From: an uncultured Verrucomicrobiales bacterium | GTDB taxonomy: Bacteria > Pseudomonadota > Alphaproteobacteria > Paracaedibacterales > CAIOTO01 | Direction: 5' to 3' | NCBI GenBank assembly: GCA_964478775.1 | Contig: CAYZJC010000005.1 | Coordinates: 8,848 to 71,590 of the forward strand | Length of the DNA: 62,743 nucleotides | Shown: one piece after another, positions 7,871-16,922 of the stretch | Layout of the letters: every line of letters starts with the position of its first letter | Position numbering within the stretch: the first letter of the stretch is position 1 | The notes under the pieces: generated by a model | Database searches by the model: none | Told to the model about the DNA's origin: nothing | The model's input: the letters and a program-made list of their open reading frames with translations, nothing else | Made by a program: the position numbers and the translations under genes

Positions 7871-8788
7871 ATGACAATTATTGATGGCGTATTAATTGGT
7901 ATGACATTTATTTCAGCCGTGCTGGGTTTTATGCGCGGCCTCACACGTGAAGTTTTAAGCTTGGCGTCTTGGGGCTGTAGTGCGTTAATCACCTATACGT
8001 GCTGGACGTACGCACAAGCTATTGCCCAGCAGTTCGTAGAAAATAAAATGATGGCAGATACCACAGCAATTGTGGCCATGTTTGTATTACTCCTCATTTG
8101 TTTTTATTTAATTAGTCATGTATTGACCAGCGTGATACGTGACAGTATGCTGGGCGGACTTGATAGATCCCTCGGGTTTTTGTTTGGTATTTTCCGTGCT
8201 TGTCTTATTGTCTGTGGTTTTTACATATCAGCAACACTCTTTATTGCTTTAGAAGATATGCCCGAGATGATTCGATCAAGTCGTTTTATACCCTTCATTC
8301 AAAACAGTAGTCAAGCTGTTCTTTCTGTCGTGCCGCACAATATCACCGCCTATATTAGCGAACAACAACAAAAGGTGCATTTAAAAAAGGTCAATAATAA
8401 CCCGAACGCTGGAATGAGTAGCCACAATGGCCAACAGGTCATAGAAAATGGTATAGATGCCTTAAGTCAAAAAGCCGCTGAAATTGCCAACAATGCTGTT
8501 CAAAATTCAGTTAAAGCCGCCATTCATGAACGCATGTCAGAACAACAAATTCAAAATGCAAAAGCGTATGCCCAACAACAAGCCGACAACCTTGCAAGAC
8601 TGCAACCCAAAGTTGTAGCCCCGCAAGCCCAACAAATGGATGAAACCGGTGTCACGGCAAAACAAGAAAAAGCCTTAGATAAGTTTTTAAACACAACATC
8701 TATTGATGAGCCTACGGAGCAAGTTTCAACACCAGAAACAGCAGATGCTGCTTCGGCTCAGACAGCCGCATCGGCCCCCACCATGTAA
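7871..8788 (+). CDS. cvpA: CvpA-family membrane protein with a long Q/A-rich C-terminal extension
   Basis: The N-terminal multi-TM core (IIDGVLIGMTFISAVLGFMRGLTREVLSLASW...) is typical of the colicin V production protein family. The last ~140 aa are low-complexity Q/A/N-rich. Confidence 0.75.
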   Translation: MTIIDGVLIGMTFISAVLGFMRGLTREVLSLASWGCSALITYTCWTYAQAIAQQFVENKMMADTTAIVAMFVLLLICFYLISHVLTSVIRDSMLGGLDRSLGFLFGIFRACLIVCGFYISATLFIALEDMPEMIRSSRFIPFIQNSSQAVLSVVPHNITAYISEQQQKVHLKKVNNNPNAGMSSHNGQQVIENGIDALSQKAAEIANNAVQNSVKAAIHERMSEQQIQNAKAYAQQQADNLARLQPKVVAPQAQQMDETGVTAKQEKALDKFLNTTSIDEPTEQVSTPETADAASAQTAASAPTM

Positions 8789-9032
8789 GCATTGTAATCT
8801 CAGGTCTTATTACTAAAATCAAATTTGTGAGCCGATAGAAGAGACGATAGATTTAAGTCAACTTAATTTGGTGACATGAATGAGATAAGCTATAGTTGGG
8901 GTGCGACTGAATACCCAATGACATAGCGTACTAAAACTATATTTTTTTATATAACTTTAAGACTTGCTTAATCTTTCTTTGCCATAGTGAAGGTAACATC
9001 TCTAACTGATTAATGTTTTTAGGAAGCACGTC

Positions 9033-12000
9033 ATGAAAAAAGTTACCGCTCACTCTATTGCGCTTGCAATTTTACTTACCTCTTCAACCCTTGTTAATAT
9101 TGCCGTTTCTGCAGTTCTTTCATCTCCTGCAGCTCCTGGCGGTGATGGACCATCTGTGATTCCTTCTTCCTCACCACAAGCTGCTGCCCCTGCAACGTCA
9201 GTGGCTCCTGTGGCGGCAACTCCAGCAGCTACTCCAGCAGCTACTCCAGAAAATAAAGAAGAAGCTAAAAAAGAAGCATCTGGTGGGCTTAATATTTCTG
9301 TATGTCAATTAAAAGAGTCAGGCATGTTAGGCAGAGCATTAGGGGAAGGTTACGGTAAAGACTGTGTAACGCAAGCTAGAAAAGACGCTCTCCTTAATGC
9401 CATAAACAACATGGATGATGAAAACACACGCGAAGAAGTTAGAAAACTATTTGCAGTCAAACCATGGTATCGTGTCTTCTTACCAGCGCCATTTTCAATG
9501 GATGATTATAGTCAAATAGCTAATGTATTTAAAGTGGCAAGCGCACAACCACTCATTCAAGGTCTGCAAGGTATTAAAGCCGCTGCTGATTCATATAAAC
9601 AGTCAGCGAATGTTTCTGACCATAACACCAATGCTGCAAATGCAGAGGCCAATAAAACCGCTGATGATGTTAATACCCGCCTTAAAACAGCAGAACACAT
9701 TCTTGAAAACGAAGAAAAACCAGTATTAAACTTTACTAAAACTGATGTAGGTAGTGCACTTCACTATTTAAAATTATTTTTCATGAACAAAACTTTGTCT
9801 GAGAAATCTATTTTTGATGAGAGTTTAGGTTCAAAAGCCCACATAGAAGACTTTTTAAAGAACTACAATAAAGAGAGTGATGAAGCATCTTATAAAAAGA
9901 ATTTAAAATATGCATATATACAAACAACGTATGATGCTTATAATGCTGCATGGAAAAAAGTCGTGTTAACTGCGGCTACATTGTCTTTATATTCATCACA
10001 ATTAAAAGATTTAGAAACTGCCCTTACAGACTTAGACGAAGACGTGATTGATGAAATTATTGAAAAAGTCAATGGCATTGAGTTGATTAAGAAAGATATA
10101 GGTAAAATTGAGCCACGTCGTTTTGCAGAAATCATTTCTAAAATCAATGACGAGCTTTCCTTTGATAAGGGTAAGTATCACAACAGAATTATATATATAG
10201 ATGATAGAGAAGTCACAACAGAACCTGAACAAAAGAGAATTTTAATTAAAATTAAACAAGAGACTTTTGAATACGTTAACAAAAATATAAATAGTCAAGA
10301 AATTAAAGACATTCAAGAGCAAATTGAAGAAGTTGTTTCAAAGGTTGGGGAATTGCATCCACGTTATAGAAAAGGGCGCGTTCACCACGTCAAACTGAGT
10401 GCACAATTATTAGATGCTATTATCACGACAGATAAAGCACAAGTGAACCAGGCGTCAGAAAATAATATTTTAGAAAATGAACCGCTAAAAGAAAAAGTTT
10501 CAAACCGTAAACTTGACAATTTGCAGGCTAACATTAAGGCAGTTCTTGCTTTTGCAAAAGAATGTGCGCACCTTGACGTGAAACCTATGTGGTTACCCAG
10601 TATTGTGTCTGCAATGCTTGACCACGATGTGGATGCAAGCCAAATAGAAAAAACAAAGCATGCGGAATTTATTACCCTGCTTGCAAACAAGTTAAGCAAT
10701 ATGCGCGTGCCAGCAGAAAATAACGCTGCAAATAAAAAATCACCATTAGTCCATGGCCAAAAGGATGCAAAAAAAGTGATGGACGCAATTGTTCAACATG
10801 AATCATTCAAGGCTGAACCTTATATATTGCTTGAACTTGTCAATGGTGCCATAGACATAAAAGACCTTCTTCCTGCTGATGTAATAGACAATGATGATGA
10901 AGTCAAAGCAACTGCAGAAAAGCCAGTGTCTGAGCTTGACAAAGTTATTGAGATTATCAATAAAACAAGCAAAGACAACATTAGACCAGCCCTTAACAAA
11001 ATTTTAGAAATTAAATATGCCGAACAACAAGGAAAAGCATGGGCTAAAACAAAAAGAATCGCCGCAAAGTTTTGGAGATGGTTAAAGCGCGATAAAGGCA
11101 TGGTAACCTGGATGCAAAAAAACCACGGTATTGTTGATGGTATGAATAATAGGGCTGCAGCTGTCTACCCCGCTATGAAAGAAGGAATGAATGCTGCCGC
11201 AATTAAATTTAATGAACTTAAACAAAAACGTCAGGCTAATGCACAAGCAAGTGCTGTAGGGGCAGATGATGAAGGCAGTGCAGTTGAGATGAGTTCTCCA
11301 AAGGTTGCGCACACACAACAAGCGGGAGTGGCTCAGCAGGATGAGCAAGAGCTGTCGCTAGCGCAAAAAAAGCAAGTCTTAGAAGATTTACTGAACAGTA
11401 ACGCAAACAGGAATGAAGGCCCACAGCAACCTCAAAATCAACCTGAAGTGGTTGTAGCAAGTGGACCCAGTGTATCTTCACCCACACGTTCTGCTTTATC
11501 TGATGCGGTTCTCAATCAAATTAAAACGCGCCAAGCTATTCACAATGCCAGCATTGAATCTTTAGAGAATCACGTAGCTGACAATCAACCACAAAATAGT
11601 GCTGAACATCCAAGAGGCACAATAGATAATAATGTCCTAGAGGAACTGAAAGCTAAGGCTCAAAAAGATCGATCAGATAAAATACAAAAGCTTGAAGAAA
11701 AAAGGCTCAAACAACAAGCATCATCAAATGTTAATCCACAAGCAAAAGAATTGGCTGCTAACGCAAAAGAATTGGAAGAAAAAAGGCAGAAAAAGCTTAA
11801 AGAAGCGGAAGTATTAGAAAGTCTCCAACGCCAATTAGCACAACTTCAACAGGCACAAAATAGCCAAGTAGATAGTGTAGGTGGTGACCGTCTACCCTCA
11901 CAAGCAGAGTTGGTAACTCAAATCAGTGAACTTGAGAAGCAGCAACTTAATGCCAGAGTGTTAAATGATCTAAGACCAAAAGATGAAAAAGAAGCTGTTA

Positions 12001-12458
12001 AACCGTCCGCTAATATACAAGAAATATACAATAATCCGGAAGTTAAAAAAGACGTGTTAGAAATGACCAATAGGATCAGTAGCATCAAAGAAAGCGATGC
12101 AAGCTGGAAGGAACGTGAAAAAAGGAACGCGGAAATAAAAAAGCTAAAAGAAAACTCAGAGCAAGTGTCACCCCAACTTCAAGACCAACAACAGGAGGCC
12201 CCATCAGTAAATCAAGCTAATCAAATAGCTGCAACCACAGCCGATAACAATTTGGTAAGCAACCAACAAGAGGCTGTAAATGACCAACAGACTATGCCAC
12301 AAGTTTCAGAGATGGAAAAAAAACGCCAAGAGGCAGAGAAGAATCAACTAGAAGCCCAAATTCAAGCCCTAGAACCAACTGACCAAGCATCAACCCAACC
12401 CAACCTTCCACAAGATCCCCACCTTCCAACAGGCAACACACCAATTAACAGTCAGTAA
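9033..12458 (+). CDS. Very large (1141 aa) secreted hypothetical protein: helical N-terminal two-thirds and a Q/E/K-rich coiled-coil C-terminal third
   Basis: The SD AGGAAG precedes the ATG. The signal-like N-terminus is MKKVTAHSIALAILLTSSTLVNIAVSA. An Ala/Pro/Thr linker follows (ATPAATPAATPE). The C-terminus contains long E/K/Q heptad-like stretches. No family recognised. Confidence 0.6.
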   Translation: MKKVTAHSIALAILLTSSTLVNIAVSAVLSSPAAPGGDGPSVIPSSSPQAAAPATSVAPVAATPAATPAATPENKEEAKKEASGGLNISVCQLKESGMLGRALGEGYGKDCVTQARKDALLNAINNMDDENTREEVRKLFAVKPWYRVFLPAPFSMDDYSQIANVFKVASAQPLIQGLQGIKAAADSYKQSANVSDHNTNAANAEANKTADDVNTRLKTAEHILENEEKPVLNFTKTDVGSALHYLKLFFMNKTLSEKSIFDESLGSKAHIEDFLKNYNKESDEASYKKNLKYAYIQTTYDAYNAAWKKVVLTAATLSLYSSQLKDLETALTDLDEDVIDEIIEKVNGIELIKKDIGKIEPRRFAEIISKINDELSFDKGKYHNRIIYIDDREVTTEPEQKRILIKIKQETFEYVNKNINSQEIKDIQEQIEEVVSKVGELHPRYRKGRVHHVKLSAQLLDAIITTDKAQVNQASENNILENEPLKEKVSNRKLDNLQANIKAVLAFAKECAHLDVKPMWLPSIVSAMLDHDVDASQIEKTKHAEFITLLANKLSNMRVPAENNAANKKSPLVHGQKDAKKVMDAIVQHESFKAEPYILLELVNGAIDIKDLLPADVIDNDDEVKATAEKPVSELDKVIEIINKTSKDNIRPALNKILEIKYAEQQGKAWAKTKRIAAKFWRWLKRDKGMVTWMQKNHGIVDGMNNRAAAVYPAMKEGMNAAAIKFNELKQKRQANAQASAVGADDEGSAVEMSSPKVAHTQQAGVAQQDEQELSLAQKKQVLEDLLNSNANRNEGPQQPQNQPEVVVASGPSVSSPTRSALSDAVLNQIKTRQAIHNASIESLENHVADNQPQNSAEHPRGTIDNNVLEELKAKAQKDRSDKIQKLEEKRLKQQASSNVNPQAKELAANAKELEEKRQKKLKEAEVLESLQRQLAQLQQAQNSQVDSVGGDRLPSQAELVTQISELEKQQLNARVLNDLRPKDEKEAVKPSANIQEIYNNPEVKKDVLEMTNRISSIKESDASWKEREKRNAEIKKLKENSEQVSPQLQDQQQEAPSVNQANQIAATTADNNLVSNQQEAVNDQQTMPQVSEMEKKRQEAEKNQLEAQIQALEPTDQASTQPNLPQDPHLPTGNTPINSQ

Positions 12459-12483
12459 GTCCAACTAACCAACCCAAACGTAG

Positions 12484-12507
12484 AGGGGCCTCCATTGTGG
12501 GGCCCTT
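12484..12507. terminator. GC-rich hairpin between the convergent 1141-aa gene and mutL (possible terminator; no clear U-tract)
   Basis: aggggcctc / cattgt / ggggccctt forms a 9-bp stem (two G-U pairs) with a 6-nt loop. It lies 26 nt after the plus-strand stop and 44 nt after the mutL stop. Confidence 0.3.
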
Positions 12508-12550
12508 ATGCATATATAGCCAAATTAAATTCACTTCAACCTATATGAAC

Positions 12551-14485
12551 TTATCTGCGTTGAAACAAAGACTCAATATCTTTTAACGACAAGGCGATAT
12601 ACGTTGGCCTTCCATGGTTGCAGGTGGCAGACTTTGGCGTTTGTTCAATTTGGCGCAGCAAATGGTTCATTTCTTGATAGTTAAGGGCGTCATTGGCGCG
12701 AATACTGGTATGACACGCATGGGTAGCAAGGTAATGCAGTAGCTTATCTTCCAAAGCTAAGGTGCCATCTCCTGCGGTCAAGTCATCTAGCAGGTCGGTA
12801 AGGGTTTGTTCTAAATCTTTGCCTTGCAAGGCTGTTTGTAAAATAACAGGGTATGAACGACACAACACATGGTCTTGAAAAATATCTAAGTCAAAGCCTA
12901 GTTTTTTAATGTGGCTTTCTTGTTGTTTTAACAGCTCTGCTTGTTCAGCTGTGATCTTAAACATCAATGGCGTTAGGATATGCTGACGTGCCACACCGTC
13001 TTTCATATACGCTTCTTTAAGGCCTTCATAGCGCACACGTTCATGGGCGGCGTGTTGGTCAATCAGCATAAGACCATCTGCGGTGCGTGATACAATATAA
13101 CTTTTGGCAATTTGCCCTAACGCATGGCCTAAAAACCCAACGTTACTGTTAGCCCCTGCTTCACCCTCATGAAGGGGACTTGTTTCTTGCGGTGACAGCA
13201 TGTCGTGTTCAAAGGCTAAGGTCTGATCGAGGGTTTTCATCATTGCAGCGGGGCCATACGCCGTGTTGGTTTTGGAAAAATGAGAGGTCGCATTCACCCC
13301 TCTTCCATAAGAAGCTGCGGACCTTGAAGGGGAAAATTGTGCAAAAGGCAAAGTTTTTTCAATGATCCGCTCTTCAAGGATTCGCTCTTGGGGCTGCGTT
13401 TGAACCGCTTGAAAGCGGCGCATCATATGGTCTGACAAGGCTGGCGTTGCCACTTGTCCGTGTTCTGTAAGGGTTGCGCGTATGATACCAATCAATAACG
13501 ACCTTAGGCTTTGCTCTGGGCGAAATCTCACCTCTGCCTTTGTGGGGTGAACGTTTACGTCAACTTCCCTTGGGTCAATTTGCACAAAGATAGCCACAAC
13601 CGGGTGCCGACCGCGTTCAATAAAGTCTTGATACGCTGCTTTTAACACCCCTAAGAACAATTTATCACGCACAGGTCTGTTGTTGACGAAAAAATATTGG
13701 TCATTGGCTTGGCTTTTATGAAAGGTGGGTAAAGACACCAGTCCATGCACAACCATACCATCGCGTTCAGCAGCAAATGCACGAAGGTTCTCACATGCTT
13801 TGTCTGAAAGCACGTCTTCAATACGGTCTTGCAGTTGTGCCTTTGCTTTATATGAAAAAACGGTTCTCTCTTCCACCTGACAGCTAAAAGCAATGTGCGG
13901 GTAACAAAGGGCCAACCGCTTTAATATTTCAATACATGCTGTTGTTTCACTGGCATCTGTTTTTAAAAACTTTAAGCGTGCTGGCGTTGCATAAAATAAA
14001 TCTTTAATGGTGATACGCGTTCCTTTTGCGGCATATGCAACCACTTTTGGTTCACTGATCACGCCGCCTTCAACGGTAATCTCCATCGCAGTGTGTTGAT
14101 CACTGTTTTTAGGGTTGCTGATAATTTGCAGCCTTGAGACAGACCCTATGGAAGGAAGCGCCTCACCACGAAACCCTAGTGTTGTAATATTAAACAAGTC
14201 AAACTCTGGTAATTTTGACGTTGCATGGCGTTGTAGGGCAATTTTCAGATCATCACCTGTCATGCCAACACCATCATCGGTAACTTGAATTAGGCTTTTG
14301 CCGCCGTCACGCAAGACAACACTAATATGTTTAGCCTTTGCATCAATCGCATTTTCCACAAGTTCTTTTAAAGCAGCAGCAGGGCGTTCAATGACTTCCC
14401 CCGCTGCAATTTGGTTGATGAGTGTTTGATTGAGTTGACGGATAACAGGACGAGACATAAGGTTTTTTTCTATTGTTAAAGCCAT
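12551..14485 (-). CDS. mutL: DNA mismatch repair protein MutL
   Basis: GHKL ATPase motifs NQIAAGEVIERPAAALKELVENAIDA, DDGVGM and GFRGEAL; 644 aa. The true start may be the internal Met at 14458 (MSRPVIRQL). Confidence 0.95.
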   Translation of the reverse strand: MALTIEKNLMSRPVIRQLNQTLINQIAAGEVIERPAAALKELVENAIDAKAKHISVVLRDGGKSLIQVTDDGVGMTGDDLKIALQRHATSKLPEFDLFNITTLGFRGEALPSIGSVSRLQIISNPKNSDQHTAMEITVEGGVISEPKVVAYAAKGTRITIKDLFYATPARLKFLKTDASETTACIEILKRLALCYPHIAFSCQVEERTVFSYKAKAQLQDRIEDVLSDKACENLRAFAAERDGMVVHGLVSLPTFHKSQANDQYFFVNNRPVRDKLFLGVLKAAYQDFIERGRHPVVAIFVQIDPREVDVNVHPTKAEVRFRPEQSLRSLLIGIIRATLTEHGQVATPALSDHMMRRFQAVQTQPQERILEERIIEKTLPFAQFSPSRSAASYGRGVNATSHFSKTNTAYGPAAMMKTLDQTLAFEHDMLSPQETSPLHEGEAGANSNVGFLGHALGQIAKSYIVSRTADGLMLIDQHAAHERVRYEGLKEAYMKDGVARQHILTPLMFKITAEQAELLKQQESHIKKLGFDLDIFQDHVLCRSYPVILQTALQGKDLEQTLTDLLDDLTAGDGTLALEDKLLHYLATHACHTSIRANDALNYQEMNHLLRQIEQTPKSATCNHGRPTYIALSLKDIESLFQRR

Positions 14486-14602
14486 TTCAGGGGTTAACTG
14501 AATTGTTGCAAGTGTGTTCCAAGCGGCCTTTGTTTATAGCTTTATCTTTATATTGATTGGGATGATGTTCATTTCAAAGCGCGCTACGGGGGGGGTAACA
14601 CC

Positions 14603-15187
14603 CTATGCCGTTTGATATTTGCCAGGAACCCATAAAATGTCTGTATTGCCATTGTCGTTGGCAACACGTGCCATAACAAAGAACAGGTCAGATAATCGGT
14701 TCATATAACATAATAAATGCGCATTTAAGGTTTCATCTTGATGCAGGGCGATAATACAACGTTCAGTGCGTCTTGCAACGGCTCTACACACATGCATTTG
14801 TCCCGCAAGTGGCGTGCCACCGGGCAACACAAATGAAGAAAGGGGCGCCAAGTTACCATTGTACTTTTCTACCAACTTTTCCAGATGAAGAACCTGCGCA
14901 TGGTTAATGCGTAATGCCTCTTGGCCCTGTTCAGGCAAACATAAGTCAGACCCCATATCAAACAAGTCATTTTGAAGCATTTCAAGGTCTTGCACTAATG
15001 TGCTTAAGGAAGACGGGCTGGGGTGTGGCCCTACTAAGGTTAAGGCTTGACCAATAAAGCAATTGAGTTCGTCAACGGCGCCGATGGCCTCTATCCGAAG
15101 GCTATGTTTAGACAAACGCCTACCATCCCCTAAAGATGTTTTGCCACTATCACCGCCTCGTGTTGTTATGCATGTGAGTTGAACCAT
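14603..15187 (-). CDS. PduO/MMAB-type ATP:cob(I)alamin adenosyltransferase
   Basis: 194 aa. TRGGDSGKTSLGDGRRLSK, IEAIGAVDELNCFIG and VLPGG..LAGQMHVCRAVARRTER are characteristic of the PduO-type family. Confidence 0.85.
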   Translation of the reverse strand: MVQLTCITTRGGDSGKTSLGDGRRLSKHSLRIEAIGAVDELNCFIGQALTLVGPHPSPSSLSTLVQDLEMLQNDLFDMGSDLCLPEQGQEALRINHAQVLHLEKLVEKYNGNLAPLSSFVLPGGTPLAGQMHVCRAVARRTERCIIALHQDETLNAHLLCYMNRLSDLFFVMARVANDNGNTDILWVPGKYQTA

Positions 15188-15224
15188 ATCGGACTCTCCT
15201 TTAAGTTAATTATAATATGATGAG

Positions 15225-15419
15225 CTAAGCCCTTAGACTGAGCATAAGCAGAAATAAGATTAAGGTCAATCCCTGCAATGCAACGCGCCAACGCATGGCT
15301 CGGTTACTATACAAACGGGCAACTTCTCCTCCCTTGAAATAGGCATATAAGCCAAAGGACAAGCTTAACGCTGTCGCGGAAAGGGAAATAAAAAATAAAA
15401 TTTCAACAAGTTTATACAT
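15225..15419 (-). CDS. HIG1-domain 'twin transmembrane helix' small protein
   Basis: About 64 aa with two TM helices joined by ...RLYSNRAMRWRVALQG (R-x-R-V-x-x-Q signature). The ATG at 15419 is preceded by AGGAAA; the ORF-track start at 15422 is a GTG one codon upstream. Confidence 0.7.
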   Translation of the reverse strand: MYKLVEILFFISLSATALSLSFGLYAYFKGGEVARLYSNRAMRWRVALQGLTLILFLLMLSLRA

Positions 15420-15462
15420 CACTTTGGTTTCCTAATAGGCGCAGATGATCTGTTCCCACTAT

Positions 15463-15511
15463 AAGAGGTCAGCAGCAGTTTCTCAACTGATTTCCTGCTG
15501 CTGTCCCTCTT
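15463..15511. other. Strong intergenic stem-loop built on CAGCAGCAG / CTGCTGCTG
   Basis: aagagg-t-cagcagcag (15463-15478) pairs with ctgctgctg-tc-cctctt (15495-15511), giving 9 + 6 bp around a 16-nt loop. It lies between two minus-strand genes. Confidence 0.5.
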
Positions 15512-15582
15512 TTAAGCAAAGGCTGCTCAGCCCAAAACATGAAAGGCTTGTCTGTTTAATTATCAGAATCATCCGATAATAA

Positions 15583-16173
15583 TCAGGCTGGAAAAGCAGC
15601 GTCATCTGCCAGTTCATTGGCAGTATCTTCTTCGTACGCATCAGCTCCATCATTAACTTGGTTTAAAAAATTCATCATGTCGGGGGACAGTAGAAAATTT
15701 AAATTCAGTGCAGCTGTATGATGAAAACCGGGGAAAGGAGGAAGCTCAGTTAAATGTGCAAGGCCTATATTCGTAGGGGAAGGTGTGTTGTCAAATAGAC
15801 TTCTGAGATTTATTGGTTGAGGTCTTGAAATTTCACTGTCGGTATGTGTATTCAAAGGAAGCAAACAGCGGCTTCTTTTAGACACTGGGGTGTGGAATGG
15901 GTCATCATTATTGTTAACGGTAGGTGAAGCTTCTGCATCAAAATCTAACCTCATTGTGCCTGTTGCGTCAAAATCTTCTCCACTTCTTGACCTTTTGGCT
16001 TTTCTTGCAAGCTGTGGAGGCGTAAAATTTTGGGCATTAAGCTGTGGTGTTGGTGTATTAAACTCAGCTACCTGTGTATTTTGCGCTACGTTTTCCATTG
16101 CATTTACAGACGTAAATCCAGTAACGGCAAGCATTAAGCCCAAAGCATATTTTGTATTTTGTAATAAGTTCAT
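15583..16173 (-). CDS. Small secreted hypothetical protein (196 aa)
   Basis: The signal-like N-terminus is MNLLQNTKYALGLMLAVTGFTSVNA|MENV. It has basic patches (RKAKRSRS, SKRSR) and an acidic C-terminus. No family recognised. An antisense ORF (15890..16228) is considered spurious. Confidence 0.5.
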   Translation of the reverse strand: MNLLQNTKYALGLMLAVTGFTSVNAMENVAQNTQVAEFNTPTPQLNAQNFTPPQLARKAKRSRSGEDFDATGTMRLDFDAEASPTVNNNDDPFHTPVSKRSRCLLPLNTHTDSEISRPQPINLRSLFDNTPSPTNIGLAHLTELPPFPGFHHTAALNLNFLLSPDMMNFLNQVNDGADAYEEDTANELADDAAFPA

Positions 16174-16277
16174 TGTTTTGCCTTTTAAATTAAATGAAAT
16201 ATTTATTATTTTTTTAAACCAAAATTAAATGTGTCATTTTTTATGAATGGCACATTTAATATTAAATTCAATACGTA

Positions 16278-16604
16278 CTATTGTGCAGGTGCTCCATCTG
16301 CGTCAGTACCACTTACTTCAACGTCCATTGCATTGTCTTCATTATCTGAATCACTATCTTGGAAAAGGTTATTTTGCGCAAATGTGTCTGCTAGTGTAAC
16401 TGGGCTTATGCTTCTTGCTGCTGCCCTGCGTTCAGCAATCGCTGCTCTACGTTCTGCTTTAATATCAAATCTGGAAATATCAAGAGCTCCGGCTCCTTGT
16501 TCTGGCGAGTGTGGTGCAAATTGTTCCATTGCATTTGCAGTTGTAATAAAGTTCGCAATGACAGCTGCGCTTAAAGTGTATGCAATTTTTTGAAAAGAAT
16601 TCAT
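16278..16604 (-). CDS. Small secreted acidic hypothetical protein (108 aa)
   Basis: The start is placed at the ATG at 16604, preceded by AAGGAAG. The signal-like N-terminus is MNSFQKIAYTLSAAVIANFITTANA|MEQF. It contains ERRAAIAERRAAARS and an acidic SDSDNEDN tail. Confidence 0.5.
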   Translation of the reverse strand: MNSFQKIAYTLSAAVIANFITTANAMEQFAPHSPEQGAGALDISRFDIKAERRAAIAERRAAARSISPVTLADTFAQNNLFQDSDSDNEDNAMDVEVSGTDADGAPAQ

Positions 16605-16922
16605 GATTTCTTCCTTATGTGTAAAGTTTCGATTCGTTATACAAATCAAATAGGTATGTTTTTCTAAAAAACAAGGGCTGATATAAAAAATAATTATGAT
16701 TAGTTAATATTTTGTATATCTCCTCCACAGCATCTCACCAACAGTATGTTTTCTGCTGGCTATCTGTGTTCTATGAAAATGAAATTTTATTGCGAAATTT
16801 ATATACCTCATATATTATACACCCTGAATCACCTCGTTTTTTAATACATTATTTATAGTCATGAGGAACAAACATAAAAATTTACGTTTAATGTTTTCTT
16901 TTTTGATATGTAAAATAGTGTA

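Noticed and set aside
15890-16593. Plus-strand ORFs 15890..16228 and 16231..16593, antisense to the two small secreted genes
   Set aside because: They have no SD or signal features and odd compositions. The minus-strand genes have SD sites and matching signal peptides. The strand choice remains the less certain call in this region.
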